Of a DNA stretch of 64,000 bases, positions 11,984 to 23,158 are shown one piece after another. The notes under the pieces were generated by a model. It did no database searches, had not been told where the DNA came from, and saw only the letters and a program-made list of their open reading frames with translations. The translations under genes and the position numbers were made by a program. This stretch comes from an uncultured Planctomycetota bacterium (GTDB lineage Bacteria; Planctomycetota; Planctomycetia; Isosphaerales; Isosphaeraceae): NCBI GenBank assembly GCA_963823665.1, contig CAWGMQ010000011.1:256001-320000 (forward strand). Reading direction: 5' to 3'. Positions within the stretch are counted from its first letter, which is position 1. Every line of letters begins with the position of its first letter.

Positions 11984-12484
11984 ATGTTCGGAAAGAAGAA
12001 ACAATCGCCTGCTCTGCCTGGCCACTGGTTTTGCCCAGCCTGCGGGCTCGACGAGTTCCATGACCTTGTACAGCCAACCTGTCCGGAATGCGGCGAATCC
12101 CTGCGCAACAAGGGCTACTGCTCCGTCTGCGAACGACACTGGTCCTTGATCCCCGGTGAGCTCTGTCCCAAGCACGATCTTGAGCTGGAAAAAACGCCAG
12201 CCGCTGATGAGTCCTCCCAGGAGCGGGAATATGTGCCCTGGGTCACCGCGGCCGTCTTTCCCAATAGCGCGACGGCGGCCATCCTTCGAGGTCGGCTCGA
12301 GGCCGAAGGCATCCCCACCTTTCTCGATGGCGAGCGGATGGGAACCGCCGGCATGTACCTGGCTGCTACCCGGGGCGTGCGTCTGCAAGTGCCCGCCGAC
12401 AGGGCCGCCGACGCGCGAATCATTCTGGATCAAAACTGGTCACTCCCCGACGACGAGAAGGCCGACTTCGAAGACCTGTTATGA
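11984..12484 (+). CDS. DUF2007 (putative signal-transducing) protein with N-terminal Zn-ribbons
   Basis: CPAC/CPEC/CSVC/CPKH, then AAILRGRLEAEGIPTFL...GVRLQVP...ARIIL. Confidence 0.75.
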   Translation: MFGKKKQSPALPGHWFCPACGLDEFHDLVQPTCPECGESLRNKGYCSVCERHWSLIPGELCPKHDLELEKTPAADESSQEREYVPWVTAAVFPNSATAAILRGRLEAEGIPTFLDGERMGTAGMYLAATRGVRLQVPADRAADARIILDQNWSLPDDEKADFEDLL

Positions 12485-13252
12485 CGCCGGCCGCGGCTGA
12501 TAGGCCAGCCACAGACTGCGGAAATACCGCAGCACGCGATCCGCATCGCTGCTCTCCGGAATCTCGGCGAACGTGAAGCCTTCATACTTCTGCGCTTGCA
12601 AAAGGGCAAACAGCTCGCGCCAGGGGTACGCCTCGTCGGTCAAGTCTCGCAAATGCACTTCGTGAATCTTGGGGGCCACGAGCGCAAAGTTCTCCTTGAT
12701 CGACCCGGCTTTGACATCAGACGGGTTAGAATTCCAGCACGTGTAAACATTGGGATGATTTGCGTATTCCATGATTTTGGCAAAGTTCGGCACCTCCGAA
12801 GTGACGCTGCCGTGCACTTCCACACGGATCGCGACTCCAAAGTCCGCGGCGTCTTCACCGATTTCGTGAAGCGCGGCCCCGATCTGCCGCAGCGTGGCGT
12901 CGAGGTCGCCCCCCTTGGGCACGCCGTTGGGCCGGACCTTCACCCCGGGGGCTCCCACGTCGTGCGCCAGCCGCACGTATTCCTTGGTCGCGTCGATGTT
13001 CTTTCGCACTACCCCACGGTCGGCCGCATGAAACTCGAACGCGCTGCCCAGCCCGGCAAGCTGCACGGGCGAGTCTTCGAATCGCTTCCGCACCTCTTCC
13101 CGCTCTCGTTTCGAGAGATTCACCTCGACTTTGTGCGCGTGCGTCGTCCGCAGCTCCACTCCCTCGTATTCGAGCTTCTCGAGCCTCGAGAGGATCGTGG
13201 GCAGGTCCCAATCCTTGGCGATGTTGTAGGTGACGATTCCGAGTTGAGACAT
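12479..13252 (-). CDS. Sugar phosphate isomerase/epimerase (xylose isomerase-like TIM barrel)
   Basis: YEGVELR, IRVEVHG, IHEVHLRD, YEGFTFAE; AAGGGG RBS. Confidence 0.8.
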   Translation of the reverse strand: MSQLGIVTYNIAKDWDLPTILSRLEKLEYEGVELRTTHAHKVEVNLSKREREEVRKRFEDSPVQLAGLGSAFEFHAADRGVVRKNIDATKEYVRLAHDVGAPGVKVRPNGVPKGGDLDATLRQIGAALHEIGEDAADFGVAIRVEVHGSVTSEVPNFAKIMEYANHPNVYTCWNSNPSDVKAGSIKENFALVAPKIHEVHLRDLTDEAYPWRELFALLQAQKYEGFTFAEIPESSDADRVLRYFRSLWLAYQPRPAS

Positions 13253-13354
13253 GGTGTGGTCCCCTTTTGAGCGTACGCTCGGCTGCTCCCAGGCGCGGGC
13301 TCTCGTTGCGACATGTTCATTCTGGGCCGGCGGCCCTCGGCTGTCACGAGTGTA

Positions 13355-13763
13355 TCAGCCGAGCAGCTCCTGGATCACCTCGCCGTCGGACCCGATCGAA
13401 ATCGGCCGCCCTGCGCGGTTCATGAAGCTCACCGCCGGGTCGATGCCGAGTTGATCGGATGATCGACATCTTGTTCATCAGACGGGCATGCTCGGGCAAC
13501 AGCTCGGAGACCTGCACGCCGGAAATGGCCGTCGAAATCGCCCTGAGCGGCCCCCGAAATTCGGCGGGCGCATCCGGCTTGGGATCATAAGTCTCATGTT
13601 GCGGCGGTCCGCCGTCGAGCCAGATCAAGATCACCGACTTCCCGGCCGCCGTCCGTTCGTTGCCGGTCCCCGCGCACGCCCGCGCACGCAAAAAGCTCCC
13701 CAGCGTGAGCCCGGTTGCTCCCAGGGATCCGACCTTCAAAAACCCGCGGCGATCAATCAACAA
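13355..13763 (-). pseudogene. DUF1501 family gene with a large internal deletion
   Basis: Tat-like RRGFLKVG, SVILIWLDGGPPQHETYDPKP...KMSIIRS joins out of frame to the family C-terminus QLGIDP...GRPISIGSDGEVIQELLG* at about 13455. Confidence 0.8.
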
Positions 13764-16288
13764 ACTGAAACTCCTTCGCGTTGATCAGCGCCCAGATGAT
13801 GTCTTCATACGCCGTCCGCTTAGTGGCGGCGTGCTTCTTGAGATGCGCCGTCGCGCTCGCGATTTCCTGCGCGGTGGCTCCGCGCGCAGCGCCGCCCAGA
13901 ACAGCTCATCGACCTTCGTTTCGTCGGGCCGCGGGTCGCCCGCGAGCTGCTCGGCCCGGCCTCCGGCTGACGAGAGCTTGGTCTGCACCTCGTTCGAATT
14001 GAGCATCATCAAACTCTGGCTCAAGCTCGCGTCGGTCACGCGCTCGCATTCGCAGGAGGTCTCGCGCTTGGGCCTGCCGAACGTATCCAGGAATCCTGAC
14101 CCGACGCTCTCATCCGGCAGATCGATCGCACGCGTACCAGCCGGCAGGCCGTCGAACGGCGTCGGCACGCCCGATACCTGCGCAATCGCGTCGAGCAGCA
14201 CCTCGGCACCCATTCGCCGCGGGTAGTGCCGCGCGAAGCTCTGTTTGTCCTTGCCGTTGGTCTCATTCGGCAAGCTCGAAAGCCCGTAAACCCGGCTGTT
14301 GCAGATTTCCCGGATCAGACCCTTGAGATCGTAGCCGCTCTTGACGAACTTGTCGGCCAGCGCGTCGAGCAGCTCCGGGTTCGACGGCGGGTTCGTCAGC
14401 CGCATGTCGTCCGGCGGCTCGACAATCCCGCGCCCGAAAAAGTGCGCCCAGTAGCGATTCACCAGCGCCCGCGCGAAGAACGGGTTCTTGGCATCCGCCA
14501 GCCAGTCCACCAGCTTCTGCCGCGGGTCGTCGCCGGCGGCCACCTGCACGACGCTTGCGCCCAGTCCCTTCGGCGCCATCTGCTCGCCCGTCTTGGGATG
14601 TGCGACCGCTCCCGACCGCAGCGTGTACACCACCTCAGCGTCGCGCCCGTTCCGCTGGGCGCGTATGTCCGCCTTGCGGCCCACCCGGGCAAAGAACGCC
14701 GCAAACCCGTAATAGTCGTGCTGGCTCCATTTTTCGAAAGGATGATGATGGCACTTGGCGCACTGCAAACGCATCCCAAGGAACACCTGCGCCGTGTCGT
14801 CGACGAACGCACTTGTCTCGCGTAGCTTGCGATACCACTGAACCGCCGGCGCGGTCTCGGAGCTGCCGCTGGCCGCCAGAATCCCGCGCACGAATTGATC
14901 GTACGGCACGTTCTTCGCCAGGCTCTCCCGGATCCAATCGTGGAAGTTGTACGTCGATGATTGAACATCCGAGCGGCCCTCTCGCTTGTTCCGCAGGATG
15001 TCCGCCCACTTGATGGCGAAATACGACGCATACTCCGGCCGTTCCAGCAGCGTGTCCACCAGCTTGGCCCGCTTGGCAGGGTCCGCATTCGCCATGAACG
15101 CCTTCACCTCCTGGGCCGTCGGCAAAGTCCCATTGATGTCGATCGACGCCCGCCTGATGAACTCATCATCCCCGCATAGCGATGAAGGCGCCACGCCGAG
15201 CGCTTTCCATTGCTTGAGCGCCGCGGCATCAATTGCGTTCTGCACGGGAAAGTCAACCCGGGCCGCCGCTGCCGTTGTCGTGGGCACCGTCGCTCGGAAC
15301 ACGGCGACCTGCCCCTGATAGCGCGCCATGATCGCAGCCTGGCCCGAGAGCCCACCAGCCTGCACTCTCCCCCCCTGCTCCACCGCGGCAACCTCGGTTT
15401 CGTTCGACTGATACTGGGCCCACCGCGTCACGTCTTCCGTCGTCCCGTCCGTATACGTCGCCGTCACCACGACCTGCTGGCTGCCTTCGCGCCAAGCACG
15501 CGCGCATCGGGGTAAACTGAAATTCGTTCAACCTTGGGATCCGTCGGTTTTCCGAACGGCATCCCGATCGCGATCCATCGCCGTATCAGTTGATATTCGT
15601 GTGAGTCGGGGTCAAGTCGTTTCCCGCCGCCATGGGGTGCCCTGGCGGTCGCCTTCTCCAGCAGCAGGCTGGCATCCGGTGCCGCAGGAAACACCCGGCG
15701 ACCGCGCGCTTCCTTCACCAGCGTCTCGTAGTCCAGCGCCGGCTCAAACCCCAGCAAGCTGAGTCGGAATCCGTTCTGGCCGCTCGACTTGCCGTGGCAT
15801 CCGCCCGCATTACATCCAAGCTTGGTAAAGATCGGAACGACCTGGTTGGCGAAATGGACCGGCACGCCCGCCGTGAATTCCTTCACGGTCACCGGAACGG
15901 TCGCGGAAATTCCACCCAGCTCCACGGTGATTTTTGCCGTTCCGTCGCCGCGTGCAGTGATCAGACCTGTTTGATCAACGCTGGCCACCCGCGCGTCCGA
16001 GCTGACGAAGTGCGCCCCCCGCGTCACGTCTCGCGGCTGAGCCCCTTCTCCGCCAGTGAGCCCGTCGATCGCCAATTGCTGAACGGCATCAGGTCCACGC
16101 AGCATCACGGCCGCGGGCGTCGGGCGCAATTTAGCCGGCCGAGCTTCGTTCGAATCGCCCGCCACGAGCGCTTCCGCTCGAGCCGCATCGGTAATCCCCC
16201 AGGCGACCCCCACGGCGATGGCGACCGCAACGCCAACCACCCGCCTCGCGCGTCCCAGCCGGTCGTGCATTCCTTCCAATCCCATCAA
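13753..16288 (-). CDS. DUF1549/DUF1553 protein with Ig-like domains; frameshifts near 15480 and 13870
   Basis: CNAGGCHG, DDEFIRR...GTLPT, CAKCHHHPFEKW, VNRYWAHFFGRGIVEP, PPSNPELLDALA, FGRPKRETSCECER; ends IIWALINAKEFQFVD* at 13753. Confidence 0.9.
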
Positions 16289-17114
16289 GCTCTCTCCTGA
16301 GGTTCGTCCACTCTATTCCCTATCGAATTCTAGCGATTCCGGCAACGCAATTGTTAAATAATTCTTGCACGTCGGAGGAATCGCTGAGCCACGCGGGTCG
16401 GCATGGGGCACTTGAGGCTTTGAAAGAGTGGTACGAAATGGTAAGAATTGGTACTCCGCACGAGAAAATCGGTCTCACTCCAAATCGCCGTTCTCGGGCC
16501 AGGCCAACACTTTCTGTCGAATTCTCGCGCCGCCTGACGACCGCGGCAGTTACTCATGCGGAAAACGCTGTTTCGATGGGCCGATCCGATGCCCTGGCGT
16601 CGTTGCGATATCAAGGAATCTATGCTCCCATGTTGAGCGAAATCCACACGTCAATGGCTTGGCTCGCCCTTCGCACGGGCACCGCCAAAAGTTGTGTGAG
16701 GAAGGAAGGATTCGTGCATCAGCGCCCGCGGCCCGGCAAACAGCGCCCGGCCCGGCAAGCAAAGTGCCCACAACCAACGGTTCCGCCCCCTGTCATGCTG
16801 CACAATCCCGCCTAGCCTACAGTATACCACACCCCAGACCTCCAATGCAATAAAATCTTCTCATTTTATCCATTTTCACAATCCGCACTCTCTTCGCACC
16901 ACGGATTGGCGTCCGGATTTCGTTTTGGTGATTCGACGATGCTCCTTGCGCGATAAGCACTAAGGGAACGGCGGCACAAGTAGGTTAGGCTTTAGCCTGA
17001 CGATTCCTTCCAACCCCGCGATCAATGACCAGTGTCGCCACTCGCCCCCGCCGGGCCGGGCAGCCTTCGACTCCGCTTCGCATCGAGGGAGGGCGAAGCT
17101 GCCGCTGAGCCACC

Positions 17115-18200
17115 CTTCCCTCGTTCCGATGGTCGGCGACGGAACGCTCTCCTCGGCAGTCTGCGTCGTCCCCTCGTTCCAATGCTCCGCGTCGGAACGT
17201 CCCCCGGCCGCCTCGCCGCAAAGCGAGCGAGGAGCTCGAACGCAATGTCGCTCGGTTGCCTGGTGCCGATGCTCCGCGTCGGAACCTCCCCCATGCCGCT
17301 CTGCGGCGCGCTCGGCGATGACATCCGCGTGTCGGCTTCCGCCGCCCAACCTCCGTTCTCCGTCCTGCGTTGTAGCCCCATTTCGTTTTGTATATTCGAC
17401 GCGCGGCCTTTCCCCACAAGGGTTAAGGGAACGCCGAGCATCCGTCCCGCGCTTGTGGCGAAGGGCGCCTGCGCGCCGGGAAGTCCGCGCACCCAGAAAA
17501 GAGCGAATCTCCCTTTCGCTCGTTCCGTTGCTCCGCGACGGAACGCCCTCCTCGACGGTCTGCGTCGCCCCCTCGTTCCGATGCTCCGCGTCGGAACGTC
17601 CCCCGTGCCGCTCCGCGGCGCGCTCCGCGACGACATCCGCATGTCGCCTTCCGCCGCCCCTCCTCCGTCCTCCGTCCTCCGTCCTGCGTTGTAGCCTCAT
17701 TTCGTTTTGTATATTCGACGCGCGGCCTTTCCCCACAAGGGTTAAGGGAATGCCTAGCATCCATCCCGCGCTCGTGGTGGAGCTGCCGGCGCAGGCGGCC
17801 GAGGGGGCCTTGCGCGCCGTGAAGTCCGCGCACCCAAAGAAAGCGCGAATCTCCCTTTCGCTCGTTCCGTTGCTCCGCGACGGAACGCCCTCCTCGACGG
17901 TCTGCGTCGCCCCCTCGTTCCGATGCTCCGCGTCGGAACGTCCCCCGTGCCGCTCCGCGGCGCGCTCCGCGACGACATCCGCATGTCGCCTTCCGCCGCC
18001 CCTCCTCCGTCCTCCGTCCTCCGTCCTGCGTTGTAGCCCCATTTCGTTTTGTATATTCGACGCGCGGCCTTTCCCCACAAGGGTTAAGGGAATGCCTAGC
18101 ATCCATCCCGCGCTCGTGGTGGAGGTGCCGGCGCAGGCGGCCGAGGGGGCCCTGCGCGCCGTGAAGTCCGCGCACCCAAAGGAAGCGCAAATCTCTCTTT
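17115..18200. repeat. Tandem array of about three 320-342 bp composite units rich in REP-like palindromes
   Basis: GTCCTGCGTTGTAGC recurs at 17362, 17681 and 18023. Each unit carries CGTTCCGATGCTCCGCGTCGGAACG-type hairpins. Confidence 0.9.
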
Positions 18201-18773
18201 GAGTGGACTGAAAAGCACGGCCAAAAACATAGTGAACAACATCGGCGATTCGCAATGGCAATTTTCGGTGGCACGTGCCATGAGCTGTTTCCATCACTGA
18301 AGAACCTCTTGGACTGTCCTTATTCGATTAGCAACATTGAGCTTGCAGAGAGTTCGCTCCACTGGAGCAGTCGCCGCGCTCCTCGAAAAAATGGCAAAAA
18401 GTGGCAATCCTACGAGGTCCGTAAAGCATCCGTACATTAGTGCAAACTGGCCGCATCTGAATCCTGTTTCTGAGCAGCACAAGTCGACTGAGCAATTCCT
18501 CCGGGCTTTAGGTGTGCATTCAATACGCGAATATCGCCATGAGCCGGCTCCAAAACGCCAGTGCGCGGCGCACTCCCTCGTGTACAATATGCGACGACTT
18601 TTCCGATTCGTGGCGCGATCGGCCGGGAGGTTTCCAAAAAGTTTCCGGGTTCCATCGATCAGATCGATTAAAGGACAGAATTCATTCTGGAAGCGCGCGC
18701 CGGTGCTCAGCCCGCGAGCGCGGTGAAAGTCGATCAGTCAGAAATTCATCGTCCCGAAGGGGGGGAGCATTTC

Positions 18774-19259
18774 ATGTGCACGCGCCAGCTCTCGATCGCA
18801 TCACTTTGCCTCTTGGTCGCGCTACTCGCCGTCGATAGCGCGTGGTACCGGCGCGCCTTCTACGAACATCGATCGGCCTTCGGCTTCGGCAACGCGCCTG
18901 CGTTCGACAGCGGCGTGATCCCCATGGCCAACATCCTGATAATCGGCATTTACATCGCAGTGTCGCGCAAGGTCCGTCCGGGTCCTTTCCTCATCGGCTT
19001 CGAGATCGGCGGGCTCCTTGCGATCGCCGCGTTCATCGCCCTGGCCTGGACCTGGCCCGACGGCATAAGGCTATGGGTTCGCCCGATCTACAAGGTCTGG
19101 TCGTTTGCGTCCTCCGGCCCTCTGCCTCAGATTTACATGTTTGCTGGCGACACAGCTTGCTTCTTGCCCGTGCAGTTGCTGCTGGCTTCTCTTACCGGAC
19201 TGCTCGCCTGGCAGTCAGCGCAGCATGGTCGTCAAACCAAGATTTCCGCCCGCTTATGA
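18774..19259 (+). CDS. Small multi-pass membrane protein (RQLSI..L..LV N-terminal motif)
   Basis: GGGGAG RBS; about four hydrophobic segments; PFLIGFEIGG. Confidence 0.7.
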   Translation: MCTRQLSIASLCLLVALLAVDSAWYRRAFYEHRSAFGFGNAPAFDSGVIPMANILIIGIYIAVSRKVRPGPFLIGFEIGGLLAIAAFIALAWTWPDGIRLWVRPIYKVWSFASSGPLPQIYMFAGDTACFLPVQLLLASLTGLLAWQSAQHGRQTKISARL

Positions 19260-19262
19260 CAC

Positions 19263-19320
19263 GCGTCGAATTCGTTTTGTCCATTCGACGCACGTCCTTT
19301 CCCCACAAGGGTTAAGGGAA
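19263..19320 (+). repeat. Dispersed ~55-bp palindromic element (related copies at 16918, 17381, 17700, 18042)
   Basis: GCGTCGAAT-N11-ATTCGACGC hairpin followed by CCTTTCCCCACAAGGGTTAAGGGAA, starting just after the stop at 19259. Confidence 0.75.
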
Positions 19321-19959
19321 CGAACCCGCCGAGCCTCGTTCGTTGCCAGCAAATCAGCGAACTCCCCCATTGTCGCCCTTCGCTCCCGCGAAGGGTCTTC
19401 CCCACTCCAATCGTTTGCAGTGCGCCCGAACGTCTCGCCTCAACCGCACACAATCGCCCGCCTGGGGCGCGGCGGATCTCGATTCGAGCGACCTGAACCC
19501 CTTCGATTTAAGAGGCGTGTACACCATTCTCTGGACTGGGTCGGGGAAATGCCATGCACACGTGACGCGCACCAGTTCGCGCCCCGCGATTGCCGGATGC
19601 CTCGCGGCCGACGCCGCCCACATGAGGCGCCGTAACACCAACTGGCAGCGCTCGTGTGCGCTCGGGCACGTCGCCGGCGTTTGCACGTGTCGGTTGCTGC
19701 GAACCGCTCGATATGGCCGGCGCTGCTTCGTTGCATGCCGCGCCGGCGAATGGAACGACGCTGACCCGTCCCTAATCCAATCGAACTGCGCGTCTGCCGC
19801 TACGACCAGGGCGAGCGAGCGAGCCGCTTACCGACAGAAAGGCGACTTGCGCGGCCGCGTTGCCCTGAAACCAGCGCCGTGAACAACGCGGTGCAGCTGC
19901 TTCTTTCTGGGCAGAAATTATCGATCAATTCCTATCTCGTAGTCAACACGCAGGCCGGC

Positions 19960-20083
19960 TCACTTCACCGCCCGCGGCGGTGGGGCCGGTTCCCCGAGCA
20001 GAAACTCCCGGCTGATCGGAGTGGCGTCCCAGACCTTCGCCGTTTTGTCGTTACTCCCGGTCACGACCCGCGACCCGTCGCCA
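19960..20083 (-). pseudogene. 3' remnant of a WD40-repeat protein gene
   Basis: Manual translation GDGSRVVTGSNDKTAKVWDATPISREFLLGEPAPPPRAVK*; the rest of the gene is absent. Confidence 0.7.
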
Positions 20084-20148
20084 GCGAGACCGCCAATAGG
20101 GCCGCCATCCGGCGATCTCGGCGGATCATCCGGGCCTCCATCGTCAGC

Positions 20149-21900
20149 TCATCCGGAGGAGGAAAACGACGACGCCTTCGCCCGGGCCGGGACTGGGATC
20201 GGCGTGCGGTCGGCCATCAAGGTCAAGAGTGCCGCGGCGGTGCAGAAAGTGCGGCCCTTGACCTCATGAATTCCGGACCAGCTCCCGTCGCCGTTTTGCA
20301 TCCGGTCGAGCCTCGCGGTCATCAGAGAATCCCAGCGCCGCCACGTGTCACCGCCCTTGGCGACCAGGCTCTCGGCGATCATCATGTAGCTGAGGAATTC
20401 GTCGCCGCCGTTGGTGCCGAAGCCGGCGAGGAAGCCCGAATGGCCCAGCCTCGCGACGACCGCCGCCTGGGCCTCCTGCTGGAGCTTCTCCGACCCTGCG
20501 TTCCTGGCGAGGCTCTTCTCGGCCGCGGCCAGCTCCTTCGGATCTTTGGAATGGGCGGCCTGATCGCGGAGCCTCGGCATCTCCGCCCGGCCCGTGTTGA
20601 CCGCGTCCTGCAACATGCCCAGGGTGGCCGCCCGGCTATAAAGCTCGGCTCCTCCACTCTTGAAAATCGTCAGCATTTCCCCGGGAGCAACCGCGTGTGG
20701 CATCGTCAGACCGCCGCCGGCCCCCCTTCCGGTCGTCGTGCGCCCTTTGGTTCGAGAGCGCGGAGGCGCCGTCTTGCCTGCCCGCACCTCCGTCTCACGG
20801 TCGACGCTTTTCCCATCCCTCGCCGCCTCTCCGGCCGAGGGCGATGGGGGCGCCGGCCTGGCGCCAGGTAGCCGGCCGCGGCGCTCGACGAGTTCCGCCT
20901 CACGTTCCGCGGCCTTCGACGGGCTCCTTCCCGCATCCAGCGCCAGCGTGCCGTCCCTCGCCCGCTGCCGGAACGTTTCCTGGGCTATCTCGCGCGCGAA
21001 TCTCCACACCATCACCCAGTTCGATGGCTCAATATGGAGCGCCACCCCGGACAGATCCTTGTAAGCCTTACGTGCGCCATCTTCCAATCGGGCCAGAGCG
21101 AAATCGGAGACAACCTCCCCGGCCTGCCGTGCACGATGGAGCCCCTTCCCGCACGTCGCGGCGGGCAGGATCCACTCCCAGCCCGCGAGGTCGTACGGAA
21201 CAGGCGGCATCGGGGTTTTCTTCGTGACCGAGTCCGAAAGGGCGTGTGTCCATGCGGGGAACCCGAACGGATCGTCTTGCATCACGTGCCGTTCGATCTG
21301 GACGATCACCTTCTTTAAGGTGCGGTCGACGACGTCTTCGCTCACGGAAGAGGACATGTGCCCCTTGACCTCAGCCAGGAGCACGCAGGCCAGGTAGGTG
21401 TCGAGGTACGGTCCGTATCTCCTCTGGACCATCGTCTTGCGCACGAACGGATCGTGGTCAAGCGACTCGGGATCGAATGTTTCGAGTTGGGTGCAGACGT
21501 ACTCCACGCCCTGGGCGATCGCGCCCCGGTACGGCCCCTCGCGCGGCGTACTCCCCGATCGAATGAGCGCCAGGCATGCGATGCAGGTGTTGGTCAATTC
21601 CGGCGTTTCGGAACGGGTTTTCAAGTCCACCGCCCCGGAACCCTCGCCCGCGCCCCACCCGCCGCCGGGGAGTTGACTCTCCACCAGCCATTCGAGGCCC
21701 CTCCTGACCGGCCGGCTCAGCGGCTTGGGCTCCATGGCCGTCGCGTGTCGATCGGCGGGCCGAACACCCCCGTCGGCGGGGGGAACTTCCTGCCTGCCGG
21801 GCTCATCAGCTCCGGTGGCCGAGTCAGCAGAGGAAATCCCCCAGGCCGCGACGCACGCCAGCAGCACGACCAGCGCCAAAACCCGCCGTCGGTCCCTCAT
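20149..21900 (-). CDS. Secreted prenyltransferase/squalene oxidase-like repeat (alpha-alpha barrel) protein
   Basis: Signal peptide; RGLEWLVESQLPGGGWG and QNGDGSWSG QW-like motifs; GFGTNGGDEFLSY; GRTFCTAAALL; AGGAG RBS. Confidence 0.75.
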   Translation of the reverse strand: MRDRRRVLALVVLLACVAAWGISSADSATGADEPGRQEVPPADGGVRPADRHATAMEPKPLSRPVRRGLEWLVESQLPGGGWGAGEGSGAVDLKTRSETPELTNTCIACLALIRSGSTPREGPYRGAIAQGVEYVCTQLETFDPESLDHDPFVRKTMVQRRYGPYLDTYLACVLLAEVKGHMSSSVSEDVVDRTLKKVIVQIERHVMQDDPFGFPAWTHALSDSVTKKTPMPPVPYDLAGWEWILPAATCGKGLHRARQAGEVVSDFALARLEDGARKAYKDLSGVALHIEPSNWVMVWRFAREIAQETFRQRARDGTLALDAGRSPSKAAEREAELVERRGRLPGARPAPPSPSAGEAARDGKSVDRETEVRAGKTAPPRSRTKGRTTTGRGAGGGLTMPHAVAPGEMLTIFKSGGAELYSRAATLGMLQDAVNTGRAEMPRLRDQAAHSKDPKELAAAEKSLARNAGSEKLQQEAQAAVVARLGHSGFLAGFGTNGGDEFLSYMMIAESLVAKGGDTWRRWDSLMTARLDRMQNGDGSWSGIHEVKGRTFCTAAALLTLMADRTPIPVPARAKASSFSSSG

Positions 21901-22134
21901 GAGATCGTCTCCTCGAAAGGTACCCCCTCCTCCGACCCACTCTGTTCCACGTGAGATCCTGGAGGATGTTCTCGCCAGCATCCCCGGAACCCGGCTGCCG
22001 GTCCGATTCAGACTCATTCATGCTACGATGTCCGGGGTCCGGCGCAAAGCCGGACCACATCCGCAGCCACGGGGAAGCATTGCCCCGCGAATGCCCTTCG
22101 CGAACTCACGCGGAATTAAACGGAGATGATCGCC

Positions 22135-22812
22135 ATGTCTGCCAGCCAGCTTTCGATTGGACAAGTGATGATGGCAGTCGGGCTGGTCGCTGCGGATCTT
22201 GCGACTGTGCGTGCTTCGGACGGAATGCTCAAATACCCTCCGATCTGGATGCTCTTGGGTGCCTTCAACTTCTTCGGCATATGGAAGCTTATTCTGGCGC
22301 GACGGATTCGCGCCGCTCACTTCAGGTTTCTGATGATTTCGATCGTTGCGTTCTTAGCGTGGGGAGACGCCGTGGCGTCCGATTATAGCCACCCTCTCGG
22401 TGCTTTGGTCCGTGGGTACGAACACGTCACTGGAATAAATGTAAACATGATGTCACGCCAGTCTCTGAGAATCGGTGACTTCTGGCTGACTTCTTTCCTG
22501 AGCCTCGCGCTGGCTTGTGTCATCGAAATCACTTTCGTGTTGGTCGAGAGGCACTTGGGCAGGGCCAGCGCGGCGTTCTCGCGTGGCGCGGTGGGTGGGG
22601 TTGGTTTTTTTGCTGTGATGGCGTTCGTCCGCTGGGCGGCCTCGGGACGTTGGCCTCCATATTGCCGTCAATGGAGCGGCCTTTGGTCCCTGACTGTCAT
22701 TGTTGTCTGCCTGGTCTGTGGGGGCTTGATCGGGTTATCAAGGCTCAAGTCGAAGGGACTGCGCCGCGAGAGCGGCATCGCACAGATAGCGGAGAGTCCA
22801 CGATCGCGCTGA
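22135..22812 (+). CDS. Multi-pass membrane protein (QLSIGQVMMAV N-terminal motif)
   Basis: GGAG RBS; about six hydrophobic segments. Confidence 0.65.
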   Translation: MSASQLSIGQVMMAVGLVAADLATVRASDGMLKYPPIWMLLGAFNFFGIWKLILARRIRAAHFRFLMISIVAFLAWGDAVASDYSHPLGALVRGYEHVTGINVNMMSRQSLRIGDFWLTSFLSLALACVIEITFVLVERHLGRASAAFSRGAVGGVGFFAVMAFVRWAASGRWPPYCRQWSGLWSLTVIVVCLVCGGLIGLSRLKSKGLRRESGIAQIAESPRSR

Positions 22813-23158
22813 TTGAGCTGATCGTCTGATCGAGAGACGCGACAACAATCCCACGGTCGCGCAAGAGCTTAGTCGCTGCCGCCCCTTTCTCCTTCCGCGC
22901 GACCATTTGGCTGCCGTTCCTCTCCTTCGTTACCTTCGCGCCCTTCTGTTCAAAATCCGTGAACTCGCCCGGGTCAGTTTGTGGCCCCGAAACTACCCAA
23001 TCCTGCGATGGACAGCGATCTCCAGACGGCTCCGCCACAAGCCGGGTCCGTCTGCTGTTTCTAAACCATCGGTCCTCCGACCGGTCGGTCGTCGTGGACT
23101 CAGGCTTGCGAGAGCGCTGTGCCATTTGGGCGTCCGACCATTCGAGGGCGCTGCCGGG

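Noticed and set aside
16960..18297. 445-, 357- and 283-aa ORFs as real proteins
   Set aside because: They overlap on both strands within GC-rich palindromic repeats, with no recognisable domain; treated as a DNA repeat.
16909..19320. CRISPR array
   Set aside because: Spacing is hundreds of bp and irregular, the intervening sequence is itself repeated, and no cas gene is visible.
20149..21900. Squalene-hopene cyclase
   Set aside because: No DXDD motif and it has a signal peptide; only the repeat fold is supported.
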